Shown in pieces: positions 29,552 to 38,771 of a stretch of DNA of 64,000 nt; position 1 is the stretch's first letter, and every line of letters starts with the position of its first letter. The notes beneath the pieces were generated by a model. It was not told the origin of the DNA. It did no database searches and worked only from the letters and a program-made list of their open reading frames with translations. A program made the translations under genes and the position numbers. This DNA is from an uncultured bacterium (GTDB taxonomy: Bacteria > Chloroflexota > UBA5177 > JANWHV01), in assembly GCA_963827235.1 (NCBI GenBank), contig CAWHAE010000018.1:224001-288000 (forward strand), written 5' to 3'.

Positions 29552-30739
29552 ATGAGAATTGCTATCGTAACCGAGTCCTTTCTTCCCCGGTCCGACGGCG
29601 TGGTTCGCGGGCTATTGGAGATGCTGTCCTATCTTCGCGAGCACGGCCACGACGCGCTGGTCGTCGCTTCTGGGCCGGGGCCGTGCGAACACCTGGGCTT
29701 CCAGGTCGTTCGGGCCGCCGGACTGCCTTTCCCCTTCTACTCGGACCTGACGTTGTCGCCGTTCTGTCCCGGAATGGCCCGCCTGTTCCGGGCTTGGCGA
29801 CCGCAGATCATTCATCTGGCCAGCCCGTTCGTGCTCGGCGCCGCGGGATGCCGGATCGGACGCCGGCTCGGGCTGCCCGTTGCAGCCCACTATCAAACCA
29901 ACGTGGCGGGCTATGCCCGCCACGTTGGTTTAGGGGCCTTTGCCAGCCTGGCAGCGCGGCGCATCAGGAGCCTGCACAATGACTGCCTGGTCAACTACGC
30001 GCCCACCGCCGGCCAGCGGCTCGCCCTGATCGCGGATGGCGTGCGCAACGTGCGTGTGCTAGGCCGGGGCGTGGACTCTCAGCTGTTCAATCCGGGTCGC
30101 CGCTCGCCGGCAGTACGGCGCTCGCTGCTCGAACCGGGCGAAGACTGTATGTTCCTCTACGTCGGCAGGCTCTCCAGTGAGAAGAACATCGAGAGCCTGG
30201 CGCCCATGATCGCAGCGGTCCCGGCCGCGCGCCTGGTCGTGATCGGCGATGGGCCCAAGCGCGCCAAGCTAGAGGCCCATTTCAGGGGACTGCCCGTCAC
30301 GTTCCTCGGCGCGCGCTATGGCGTGGAGCTGGCAACATTGTATGCCTCGGCCGACGTCTTCTCATTCCCGTCGTTGACCGAGACCTTCGGCCAAGTGGTA
30401 CAGGAGGCAATGGCATCGGGCCTCGCCGTGCTCGCTTATCGCGCGGGCGGTGTGCAGGACCTCTTTCGTCACGGCATCGAGGGCTATCTCTGCGTTGCCG
30501 GCGACGGCGTGCTGTGGAATCAGATGGCGCGCCTGCTGGCGGACGATCGCCCGTTGCGCGCCCGTCTTGGCGCCAGGGCGCGGCAGGCGACCCTGAGCCG
30601 GACCTGGGAAGCCATATTCTCACGCCTGCTCGAGGACTACGAGCAGCTGACCCAGGGCATTGCCGCCGATCCGGCCTTGGCGCGACGCGCCGCGGCCGGA
30701 TCGGGACGGGTGGGGGCGTTGACCATCAACGGCGGCTAA
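29552..30739 (+). CDS. GT4 glycosyltransferase (SqdX/MgtA-like glycolipid synthase)
   Basis: MRIAIVTESFLP..DGV, GRGVD, YVGRLSSEKN, FPSLTETFGQVVQEAMASG. Confidence 0.92.
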   Translation: MRIAIVTESFLPRSDGVVRGLLEMLSYLREHGHDALVVASGPGPCEHLGFQVVRAAGLPFPFYSDLTLSPFCPGMARLFRAWRPQIIHLASPFVLGAAGCRIGRRLGLPVAAHYQTNVAGYARHVGLGAFASLAARRIRSLHNDCLVNYAPTAGQRLALIADGVRNVRVLGRGVDSQLFNPGRRSPAVRRSLLEPGEDCMFLYVGRLSSEKNIESLAPMIAAVPAARLVVIGDGPKRAKLEAHFRGLPVTFLGARYGVELATLYASADVFSFPSLTETFGQVVQEAMASGLAVLAYRAGGVQDLFRHGIEGYLCVAGDGVLWNQMARLLADDRPLRARLGARARQATLSRTWEAIFSRLLEDYEQLTQGIAADPALARRAAAGSGRVGALTINGG

Positions 30740-30819
30740 TCGGGCAGCCACCGGGTGTCATGCTGGAACGCCGCGCGTCGACGCCCGCACCAATGCTCGC
30801 CGGGCCATACCGGCCTGCC

Positions 30820-32325
30820 TCACGCCGCCCCTTCCATCGCAGCCTGTGTTGCCACCTGCTGCAGCCGGTCGTGTCGCCCCACGTGCCGGGAGATGGTGAA
30901 GAGCGCCACGATCGCGGCCGCTACGGCGAGTCCTGCCGCCACGACGAACGAGCGGTCGAAGCCCGCTACCAGCGCGTGCGCCAGGCTGGCACCCGCATCG
31001 CTGCCCATCACGCTGTTGGTGTAGGAGGTGGCAATGGTGGAGAGCAGCGCCAAGCCGACGGCTCCGCCCACCTGCTGCGAGGTGTTCAAGAGGCCCGAGG
31101 CCAGGCCGGCATCTCGCGGGCCGGCGCCCGACACCGCGGCATTGGTCATGGGCAGGAACACCATGCCCGCTCCCAGCGCGGTCACCACGAAGGCGGGCAG
31201 GATATTGGCCAGGTAGGTGCCGTTGTCGGGCAACCGGGCCAGCAGCAGGAGACCCCCAGTGAGGATCAGGAGACCGGTAACCAGGAGCCACTTCACACCG
31301 ACGCGGCCGACCAGGCCCGCGCCGACGCCCGACGCCAGGATGATCCCTACAGTGAAGGGCAGATAGGCGAATCCTGCCTGCAGCGGCGTGAAGCGCAGCA
31401 CCTGCTGCATGTACAGGGTCAGGAAGAAGAACACCGCGAAAAGGCTCAACCCGACCAGCAGGGCCACCGCGTTTGCCCCGGAGAGCGTCCAGGAGCGAAA
31501 GATCCGCAGCGGGACCAGCGGATGGACGGCAAATCGGGCCTCCACGACCACGAAGAGTGCCAGCAGCGCGGCGGCCCCGATGAGCTCGCCGATCGTGCGT
31601 GCCGAGCCCCAGCCATAGGTGCTGGTATTCACAAGTGCGTACACGAGCACGATCAGGCCGGCAGTCACGGAGCTGGTGCCCAACAGGTCATAGGTGCGGG
31701 AACGATCCGCGGCCCGGCTCTCGGCAAGCAGCCGGGCGGCGAGCACGGCGGTGATCAGGCCGATCGGAACGTTCACAAAGAACACCCAGCGCCAGCCCGG
31801 GCCCTGAGAAAGGATACCGCCAAGGATGACGCCGACCGCGATGCCGCCGCCCGAGACAGCCCCCCACACGCCGAGGGCCCGATCGCGTTCACGGCCCTCT
31901 GTGAAGGTGACGGTGAGCAGCGAGAGCGCGGCGGGGGAGATCACTGCTCCGCCCAAACCCTGCACGGCTCGAATCACGATCAGCTGCGTCGAGGATTGCG
32001 ACAGACCGCAAGCCAGCGAGGCGAGAGTAAATATCGACAGTCCGGCGATTAGCACCGCGCGGCGGCCCAGCAGGTCGGCCATACGACCGCCGAGCAGCAA
32101 GAACCCCGCGAAGAGCAGGGTATAGGCGTTGACTACCCATTGCAGGTCCTGCTCCGAGAAGCGCAGAGCGGTCTTGATCGAGGGAAGCGCCACGTTGACG
32201 ATGGAGATGTCGATGATCACCATCAGCTGTGCCAGGCACACCAGCACGAGAGCAACCGTCTTGTGCGCCTGGTTTCCGGTATCCGGCACCGCCGCGGTGG
32301 CGGCACGTGTGTCGGCCTGAGCCAT
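30820..32325 (-). CDS. DHA2 family 14-TMS MFS efflux transporter
   Basis: DISIVNVALPSI, WVVNAYTL, GGRMADLLGRR, WRWVFFVNVPIG. GGAGG RBS before ATG 32325. Confidence 0.94.
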   Translation of the reverse strand: MAQADTRAATAAVPDTGNQAHKTVALVLVCLAQLMVIIDISIVNVALPSIKTALRFSEQDLQWVVNAYTLLFAGFLLLGGRMADLLGRRAVLIAGLSIFTLASLACGLSQSSTQLIVIRAVQGLGGAVISPAALSLLTVTFTEGRERDRALGVWGAVSGGGIAVGVILGGILSQGPGWRWVFFVNVPIGLITAVLAARLLAESRAADRSRTYDLLGTSSVTAGLIVLVYALVNTSTYGWGSARTIGELIGAAALLALFVVVEARFAVHPLVPLRIFRSWTLSGANAVALLVGLSLFAVFFFLTLYMQQVLRFTPLQAGFAYLPFTVGIILASGVGAGLVGRVGVKWLLVTGLLILTGGLLLLARLPDNGTYLANILPAFVVTALGAGMVFLPMTNAAVSGAGPRDAGLASGLLNTSQQVGGAVGLALLSTIATSYTNSVMGSDAGASLAHALVAGFDRSFVVAAGLAVAAAIVALFTISRHVGRHDRLQQVATQAAMEGAA

Positions 32326-32338
32326 GTTGGTCCTCCGG

Positions 32339-32488
32339 TTAAGCGCGTATCGGTTCGACGATAGTTTGAGGGTGCAGACCACCTGTGGCGGCCGCAGGAA
32401 GCGGGAGAGATATCCGGCGGTGTCCGGAAAGCCGGCGCCACTCAGGATTCGCCGGCGATATCATGGGGTGAGGTGGGCAATCGATCAT
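32339..32488 (-). CDS. Possible 49-aa leader/small protein upstream of the MFS gene
   Basis: AGAGGAG RBS before the ATG. Stop lies just before the MFS RBS. Confidence 0.35.
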   Translation of the reverse strand: MIDCPPHPMISPANPEWRRLSGHRRISLPLPAAATGGLHPQTIVEPIRA

Positions 32489-32504
32489 CCACAGCTCCTC
32501 TACG

Positions 32505-32535
32505 TTATGTGTACGGTACGGTAGCGTACACATAA
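32505..32535. promoter_or_regulatory. 31-bp palindrome, probable TetR-family operator
   Basis: TTATGTGTACG-G-TAC-G-GTA-G-CGTACACATAA; AT-rich and upstream of the MFS gene. Confidence 0.75.
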
Positions 32536-33147
32536 GACTATACGCCCCCCGTCGCTATGTAGCAACGCTTTCCCGCCTGTATCCCCCGCGGATGTGACCG
32601 ATGTTACAGGCCCTCCCCGGACCTGTCTCCGCGCACGACCCGCGAGCGATCGCCGGCCCCGCGTCCCCACACCGAGCTGTCGAGCACGAACACCTGCCGC
32701 CCGTCCGCAGCCGGCCCTGCTTTCCTGCCGGGGCAGGCAGCTCCGTGCCACCTGGGACCGCTGTCCCCCGCCGGCCGCCCTGCGACCTCAGCCGGAGGCA
32801 CGCCGGCCGCACTCGACCACGACCGGCTGCCGCAGGTACCCTATCCACTGCCGTGCGACCTCGGCCGGAGGTACCGGGGTACCGCCGTGTCTGGGACCGG
32901 CATGTCCTGTTTCGCGTGCAGGCGGCTGGATGCTTGCGGGCCATGACGTGCCGTATCGTGCTGCGAGTGATCAAGTTCGCGTAAGGAGATCCGGTGGCGG
33001 CTTCCTTGTGGTTGATGTGCGCCAGGGCTCGCAGCCGCGTGGTGGCTGGGGCTCGCCTCCCCAGCCCGACATATCCCGGCGCTGTTGCGCGCTAACCTCT
33101 GATCGGGCCGGTGTGCATGGCGCGATTGCCTTGAAGGATGGTCCTGA

Positions 33148-33333
33148 TCATGGCATCGGTGCCAGGCCCTCGGCTTGCACCACCCAGGTCCCGTCGTCAG
33201 GGAAGCCGGGCGCGGGCCCACCCGGCGCGCCATCCCAGCCGGCGACCATCAGGGCGACCGCCGCCAAGAGCCCGCCGTTACCCGGCAGGTACAAGGGCAG
33301 CCCTGGAGCCTGCGGGTTATGGCCGTTGGGCAG
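33148..33333 (-). pseudogene. C-terminal fragment of a six-hairpin glycosidase-like (GH65-related) gene
   Basis: Manual translation LPNGHNPQAPGLPLYLPGNGGLLAAVALMVAGWDG..PGFPDDGTWVVQAEGLAPMP*. No start, so it is absent from the ORF track. Confidence 0.7.
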
Positions 33334-34142
33334 ACGGCGAGGGCTCAGTCTCCTACCCGTACTACCCGTCCAGCGAGCACTTCTGCAAGCCGGCGCAGGG
33401 AGCGGAGGACCTCATAGACTGCCTGAACCTTGATGGCTGGACCGTCGAGTTGGTCGCCGCGCGCCTGGCCGGAGAGTACCGCAAGCATGGCGTGCGCTAC
33501 TGCTCACGCATGGGCGTGGGCCCGCTGGAGACCCTGCACACCTACGGCCTGGCGATCGGCCTGCGCGAGATGCAAGCGACCACCGTTGCCCACTTCTGCG
33601 ACAAGAACGTGGCGCGGAATCCATTCGGCTGGATCACCAACAACTACGAGATCTGCGAGGTCACCCCCTGGGTGGCGCGCGGCGCCCTGGACGCCTTTAG
33701 CGAGTGGATCGCCTGGATCCATCGCACCTGGCCTGACGTGGAGTGCCCGACCATGGCGGACTTCGGCGCCGCGGTGCGGGCGTCACACCCCGACAATGAG
33801 ACGCTGCGCTATGTGCTCCGGCAGCGCGGCAGCGGCATCGGCGCCTCTTTCGCCGGCCAGGATGTGACCTGGTTCATGAACCCGGACTTCCGCCTTGGTA
33901 TCGTCGTCGAAGCGGGTCGGGCCTCGGTCTTCGATTATACGGACTATCGCCGGCACTACGCCGAACCCCTGGAGGCCGGTCAGCGGGACTGGAGCATCTT
34001 CGGCGAGATCAACCAGAAGGGCCTGCGCCGGCAGGATCGTCCGGCGCCGCTAGTCCAGTTCCTGGAGGGCCGGCCCGAGGTCGCAGAGCGGCTGCAGATT
34101 CACCCCGCCGAGCGACGTGCACTCGCGCAGTTGATCGGCTAG
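33330..34142 (+). pseudogene. 5'-truncated DUF3863-like protein
   Basis: DGEGSVSYPYYPSSEHFCKPAQ..DCLNLDGWTV..SRMGVGPLET..WFMN..EINQKG. Upstream of 33330 the frame is the antisense of the glycosidase fragment. Confidence 0.7.
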
Positions 34143-34306
34143 ACCAGGCTCACAACCTGGGTACCGCCCAACCAACCCGCACCAAGCTGCAGCGCGGTCC
34201 CGTTGGCTATTGTGGCCTGGCACCAGACTATCAACCGCAATTGAGCCACGTCTAGGGCATGGAATGACGCTGTGCTATCCTCAAAGCGACGGGGGAGAGG
34301 AGCCGG

Positions 34307-34910
34307 ATGTCCGAACAAGCGACGTCGCCGCGCCCCACCAGACTACGACTGGACGCGGCGCGTGAACGAGTGCTGCTCGAGGTGGCGCTGGCACTGCTCG
34401 CCGAGGTCGGCTACGATCGCCTGTCGCTCGACGAGGTGGCTCGCCGCGCCCACACCAGCAAGGCAACCCTCTACAGGCGCTGGCCGGGCAAGGCCGATTC
34501 TGATCGCGGCCGCCCTCGTGGCGCACAAGGTCGACGTCGTGAACCGCCCGGCAGGAGCGTCCCTACGTGAGGACCTCATGGCCACGATCGGCGCGCTCTG
34601 TACGCAGGCCGGAACCGACGGCCCGCTCACCCAGGGCCTGCTCACTGCGATGTGCATCGACCCATACCTGAGCCGGCTCATCAAACTGCAGGGTGCCAGT
34701 GGCATGCAGCAGGACGTCGCCCTGATCATCGAACGGGCGGTGGCGCGAGGCGAGCTGACCCGGGACGCCGCGACCAGGGCCGGCACGGTCGCCGAGGTCG
34801 TCTATTCCGTGGTTGCCAGCCGATTCCTGCTCAGCCACGCCCCGCTCGACACCGCCTTCGCCGAATACCTGGTCGACTCGATCTTGCTGCCTATCCTGCG
34901 CGCCGACTGA
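34307..34910 (+). CDS. TetR family regulator with one frameshift (~34498)
   Basis: EVGYDRLSLDEVARRAHTSKATLYRRWPGK, then after a frame change LIAAAL...SLREDL..IERAVARGEL..LVDSILLP. GAGGAG RBS. Confidence 0.85.
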
Positions 34911-34927
34911 CGTTCATCACCTCCGGT

Positions 34928-35638
34928 TCACGGTTCAATTACCAGGCGCAAGCGCTTGTTGACGCGCCCCTTGCTCTCATGCCCGACCACGCGGATATGC
35001 CCCACTTCACCCGTCCACGCCACGTGGGTGCCGCCATCTGCCTGCAGGTCGAGACCGGCTATCTCCACCACGCGTATCTCCGCGATCCCTTCCGGCAGCA
35101 AGTTCACCTTCGTGCGGATCAAGTCTGGAATGGCGAACGCCTCGGCGCGCGGGAGGACGCGCACGCGAATCTCGCGATCGGCGGCGATCTCGGCGTTGGC
35201 CCGTGCCTCTATCTCCTCCGCGAAGTCGGCGCTCATGCGCTCGAGCTCGAAGTCCATCCGTGCCTTGCCCGGTTCCATGGAGCCGCCGGTCACCGGAGCC
35301 TGGTAGTCGCGCCAGATCACGCCGCACAGTATGTGCAGCGCGGTATGCGCGCGCATCAGAGAGTGGCGCCTCTCCCAGTCCACCACGCCCTCCACGGTCG
35401 CGCCCTGTTCCGGCACCCGGCCGTCGAGGTGGTGCCAGACGGTCGCTCCCTCCCGGCGCACGTCGACCACGCGCGCCTCGCCGCCCAGCCAGGAGATCGT
35501 GCCTTGGTCCGCCGGCTGGCCGCCGCTCTGAGCGTAGAACACCGTTTGATCGAGCTCGACACGCGAGTCCAGGACCTGAGTGACCGTCGCCTGCATCTGC
35601 TTCAAGTAACTGTCGGCGTGGTACAGCAGGATCGTCAT
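34928..35638 (-). CDS. alaX: Alanyl-tRNA editing protein (AlaX-M type)
   Basis: TVFYAQSGGQPADQG, MRAHTALHIL, DLQADGGTHV, SKGRVNKRLR. Confidence 0.93.
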   Translation of the reverse strand: MTILLYHADSYLKQMQATVTQVLDSRVELDQTVFYAQSGGQPADQGTISWLGGEARVVDVRREGATVWHHLDGRVPEQGATVEGVVDWERRHSLMRAHTALHILCGVIWRDYQAPVTGGSMEPGKARMDFELERMSADFAEEIEARANAEIAADREIRVRVLPRAEAFAIPDLIRTKVNLLPEGIAEIRVVEIAGLDLQADGGTHVAWTGEVGHIRVVGHESKGRVNKRLRLVIEP

Positions 35639-35850
35639 GATGGCATGCTCCATTCAGATGGGCGCCGTTGAATATCGGTCCGGCCTGCCAGCTCCAGCAG
35701 CTTGCCTGCTATGCGCGCGCGCAGCGGCGCGTCCGCGTGCACGGTTGTGATGCCCTCCATGAGTAATTCAGGCGACGCAGCGGCGAGGGCGATCGCCAGC
35801 GCATCGTCCACGTCGGTGCCTACGTCGGTGTCGAGGATGATTCGCTTCAT
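35635..35850 (-). pseudogene. N-terminal fragment of a nucleoside hydrolase
   Basis: MKRIILDTDVGTDVDDALA..GITTV..AGRTDI, then homology stops after ~60 aa. Strong AGGAGGAG RBS. Confidence 0.8.
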
Positions 35851-35889
35851 CCCTCTCCTCCTGCTACATGTGGCCTATCGGGCTCTCGA

Positions 35890-36810
35890 TCACGATCCGG
35901 TGGCGCCCAGCTTCGCGAACATATCGGCAAAGATCGGGTCCCGATCGACAGAGCCGACTTCACGAATCAGGTGCCGGCGGGCGTCGTGACTCCAGGTGCG
36001 CTCGCTGGAAAGGACCGGACTGTGGACCAGCATGCTCTCCGCCCAGGCGGGATTCACCAGCCAGGCTACCGGCCCGACGTCCCAGATCGCCTTGGATCGC
36101 GCGAAATGATCGTCGTAGTAGGCCGAGTACTCTTCGGCCAGAAAATCGCCCAGCCTGCTTTTGCCGCGGACAAAGCGGTCGATCTCCGCCTCCGAAGTGC
36201 TCAGACGGTCGGTGACGGGCAGGCAGGGCACGTGAACCAGCGGCACGCCCGAATCAAACAGGATGCGCGACGCGTGCATGTCCTGCTTCAGGTTGAACTC
36301 CGACGCCGTGTGCCAGTAGCCGGCGTTGCCGCCCAGCCACACAACCACGATGCGCGACCGGATCTCCGGGGCCAGCACCAGCGCCGAGGCCACGTTGGTC
36401 GGTGCCGCGATCGCCACCACGTACAGCGGTTCGGCGCGATCCGCTGAAGCACGCGCGATCAGGTCGTCCACGGCCGGGCTGCGCACCGGCTGATCCGGCC
36501 CGGCCATCCACGACCGCGCCCCGCGAAACACGAACCCCTCGTGTGAGCGGCCGAGCAGATCCAGTAGCCGAAGGATCTCCTCGTAGCTCTTCTCCATACC
36601 GTCCGCGGGGCCGGAGGAGCGGTCGTTGTGGAAGGGAGCGGCATAGACCGCTTCCAGCTCGATACGCTCCGGCGACAGCATGGCGTATGCCAGCGCGAAC
36701 TGGTCGTCGATCTCGTTGTACGTGTCCGTGTCCATCACCATGGCGACCTTGCCGGCCGGCGGATCGAGCAGCGCCAGCCGCTCGCCCGCCCGCAACGCGA
36801 ATTCCGTCAT
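35890..36810 (-). CDS. Inosine/uridine-preferring-type nucleoside hydrolase
   Basis: MDTDTYNEIDDQFA, TNVASAL, WLGGN, EFNLKQD, KAIWDV. Confidence 0.92.
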   Translation of the reverse strand: MTEFALRAGERLALLDPPAGKVAMVMDTDTYNEIDDQFALAYAMLSPERIELEAVYAAPFHNDRSSGPADGMEKSYEEILRLLDLLGRSHEGFVFRGARSWMAGPDQPVRSPAVDDLIARASADRAEPLYVVAIAAPTNVASALVLAPEIRSRIVVVWLGGNAGYWHTASEFNLKQDMHASRILFDSGVPLVHVPCLPVTDRLSTSEAEIDRFVRGKSRLGDFLAEEYSAYYDDHFARSKAIWDVGPVAWLVNPAWAESMLVHSPVLSSERTWSHDARRHLIREVGSVDRDPIFADMFAKLGATGS

Positions 36811-37162
36811 CTCTCACGCCCTCCAGCTGTCCATCGATGGTGAACCTCGCGGTTCCGCCAACCCAGTGCGGAGCCGCCTCTCGCTGCAACGCCTGGTTGT
36901 TGGCATTTTACCGGGCGGGCCTGCGGCCACGTGAGCCTCTGCTCGAGTGCCGGCAAGGCCCGACAGCGCCATCCACAGGAGAGCGCCGCGGTGGCTGCGG
37001 CGCGCTCTCCGGCGCCCTCCGTTCGAAAGCGAGCTCAGGCATAATGGATGTGGACGGGCCGATCATTGCGTCGCCGCGCGCTCCGTGCAGTCCGGAAGCG
37101 TGTCGCGCTGTTGTCGTTGGCTCGACGCCGTAGTTGGTCGCACCGAGTTCGAGGAGGTTCTC

Positions 37163-37499
37163 GTGGCAAAGGTTGGATTTCTCTCGATAGCCGGTGCCTG
37201 CGCAGGAGGCCGCACGGCACATCGAGACGCTGCAGACCGAGCTGGTACCGCTTATCAGCAACGGCAGCATCTGGGCACGCCACGAATGGCATCTTGGCAG
37301 CCGGTTCGCGGCACAGCAGCCGCCCACGGTCATCGCCACCGCTGCAGACGACTACATGGATCACGACGTCACCTCCATGTGCACGTGCAGCGTGCTGGTA
37401 CAGGGTGCACCGGGCGCCTATCACGCCCTGATCATGGTGCGAGGCATACACCCCAGAGCCAGTTCCGTGCAAGTGCACGCCGTGGCAATCGGCGCCTGA
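37163..37499 (+). CDS. Hypothetical protein, probably frameshifted near 37193
   Basis: GAGGAGG RBS plus GTG (MAKVGFLSIA) joins ORF 37194-37499 if one base is removed. Confidence 0.4.
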
Positions 37500-37691
37500 C
37501 GGGCGCCTGCCGCGAAGTGCCGATTGCCATGCATCGACGAAGCAGATAGACGCGATTGACCCGGGCTGACCTGAAGACCAGACCCGCGCTGACCGGAGGC
37601 CGTGCTCAGATGGTGCCCGGCCTCCGGTATCTGCCTGCTGCCTCAGACGCCCGTAGCTGCCACGGCTCCGCGTAGCCAGGCAGAAGCACCG

Positions 37692-38771
37692 TCAGACGAC
37701 TGCGAGCAACGGCTGGTAGTCCAGGTCGTAGCCGAAGGCATGCGGTCCGACCAACGCCAGCCCGGCTTCGCTCCGCCAGGGAGCGGCGCAGGGCATCCCG
37801 ACCACGACCACGCGGAAGCCGTAGCGCAGCGTCTCCGTGGTGATCGGCTCTCCGCTGTCCTCGTTCAGCACGGTCACCAGGTCGGGCACCATGGCCACCG
37901 GCTTACCATCGCGCAGGGCGATCAGGTTCTCGTTCTGAAAGCGGATCTGCAGCTCGTGTCCCTCGTCCTCGCCCAATCCGCGGAATGTGGCCTCGCCGCG
38001 GGCAAAGCCCCGCTCGGTCCGCCGCTGCACATCCATGATCTTGCCGTGGAAGAGCCTGCGTCCGCCCGTTACGCTCAGCAGGGCGTCGATCGGGTTGCTC
38101 TTGTCACGGCGCGCGGCACGGATCGTGGCGCCCAGGCGAATAGCCAGGCTTACGCTGCCGGGAATCAGGGCCGCCTTGGCCTGTGCTCCGCTGAGCGCGT
38201 AGAGCGCCACAAAGGCAACGCCGCCCATTTGGATGGTCATAGTGCGTGCTATACGCTCCGCCCAGACGTTGTCGCACGTGTTGAGAATGGCGCTGTTTCC
38301 CTTTTCGTCGCCGATCGCCATGGGCGTGGCTGCGATGCCGTACATGGTCGGGCTCACCATCTGCAGCTCCGGGAATGCCCGGCCCATGCCGTCGGCATCG
38401 ACGATCGGCAATCCCAGCGAGGCGGCGACGATGAAGGGCGTGGTGGAATTGAGTCCACCGGCCTCGATCGGTGTCACCGCCGTGACCTTGCGGCCCAGAT
38501 ATGCCTCCAAACCCTGGAACGCGTGCACGATTTCGTCGCCGCGAGGCAGCTTCTCCACCATCACGGTCGGAGCGCCCATCATCGCCGCCGGCACGACCAG
38601 ATCGTCGTCGCCGAGGTCGGCCAGGTCTATCATGCTCACCCGGCCATGCTCCCGCATCGCAGCTATAGCAGTGAGCTTGCCGATATGCGGATCGCCGCCT
38701 CCGCCTGTGCCCAGCACCGCCGCACCCAGTGCCAGGTCATCCATGGCCTCCGGACCGACTTGTCGCCTCAT
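37692..38771 (-). CDS. DUF917 family protein (copy 2)
   Basis: GAAVLGTGGGGDP, EAGGLNS, DADGMGRAFPELQM, FQNENL, VPDL, EPITTE.LRYG. ATGA overlap with the upstream gene. Confidence 0.93.
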   Translation of the reverse strand: MRRQVGPEAMDDLALGAAVLGTGGGGDPHIGKLTAIAAMREHGRVSMIDLADLGDDDLVVPAAMMGAPTVMVEKLPRGDEIVHAFQGLEAYLGRKVTAVTPIEAGGLNSTTPFIVAASLGLPIVDADGMGRAFPELQMVSPTMYGIAATPMAIGDEKGNSAILNTCDNVWAERIARTMTIQMGGVAFVALYALSGAQAKAALIPGSVSLAIRLGATIRAARRDKSNPIDALLSVTGGRRLFHGKIMDVQRRTERGFARGEATFRGLGEDEGHELQIRFQNENLIALRDGKPVAMVPDLVTVLNEDSGEPITTETLRYGFRVVVVGMPCAAPWRSEAGLALVGPHAFGYDLDYQPLLAVV

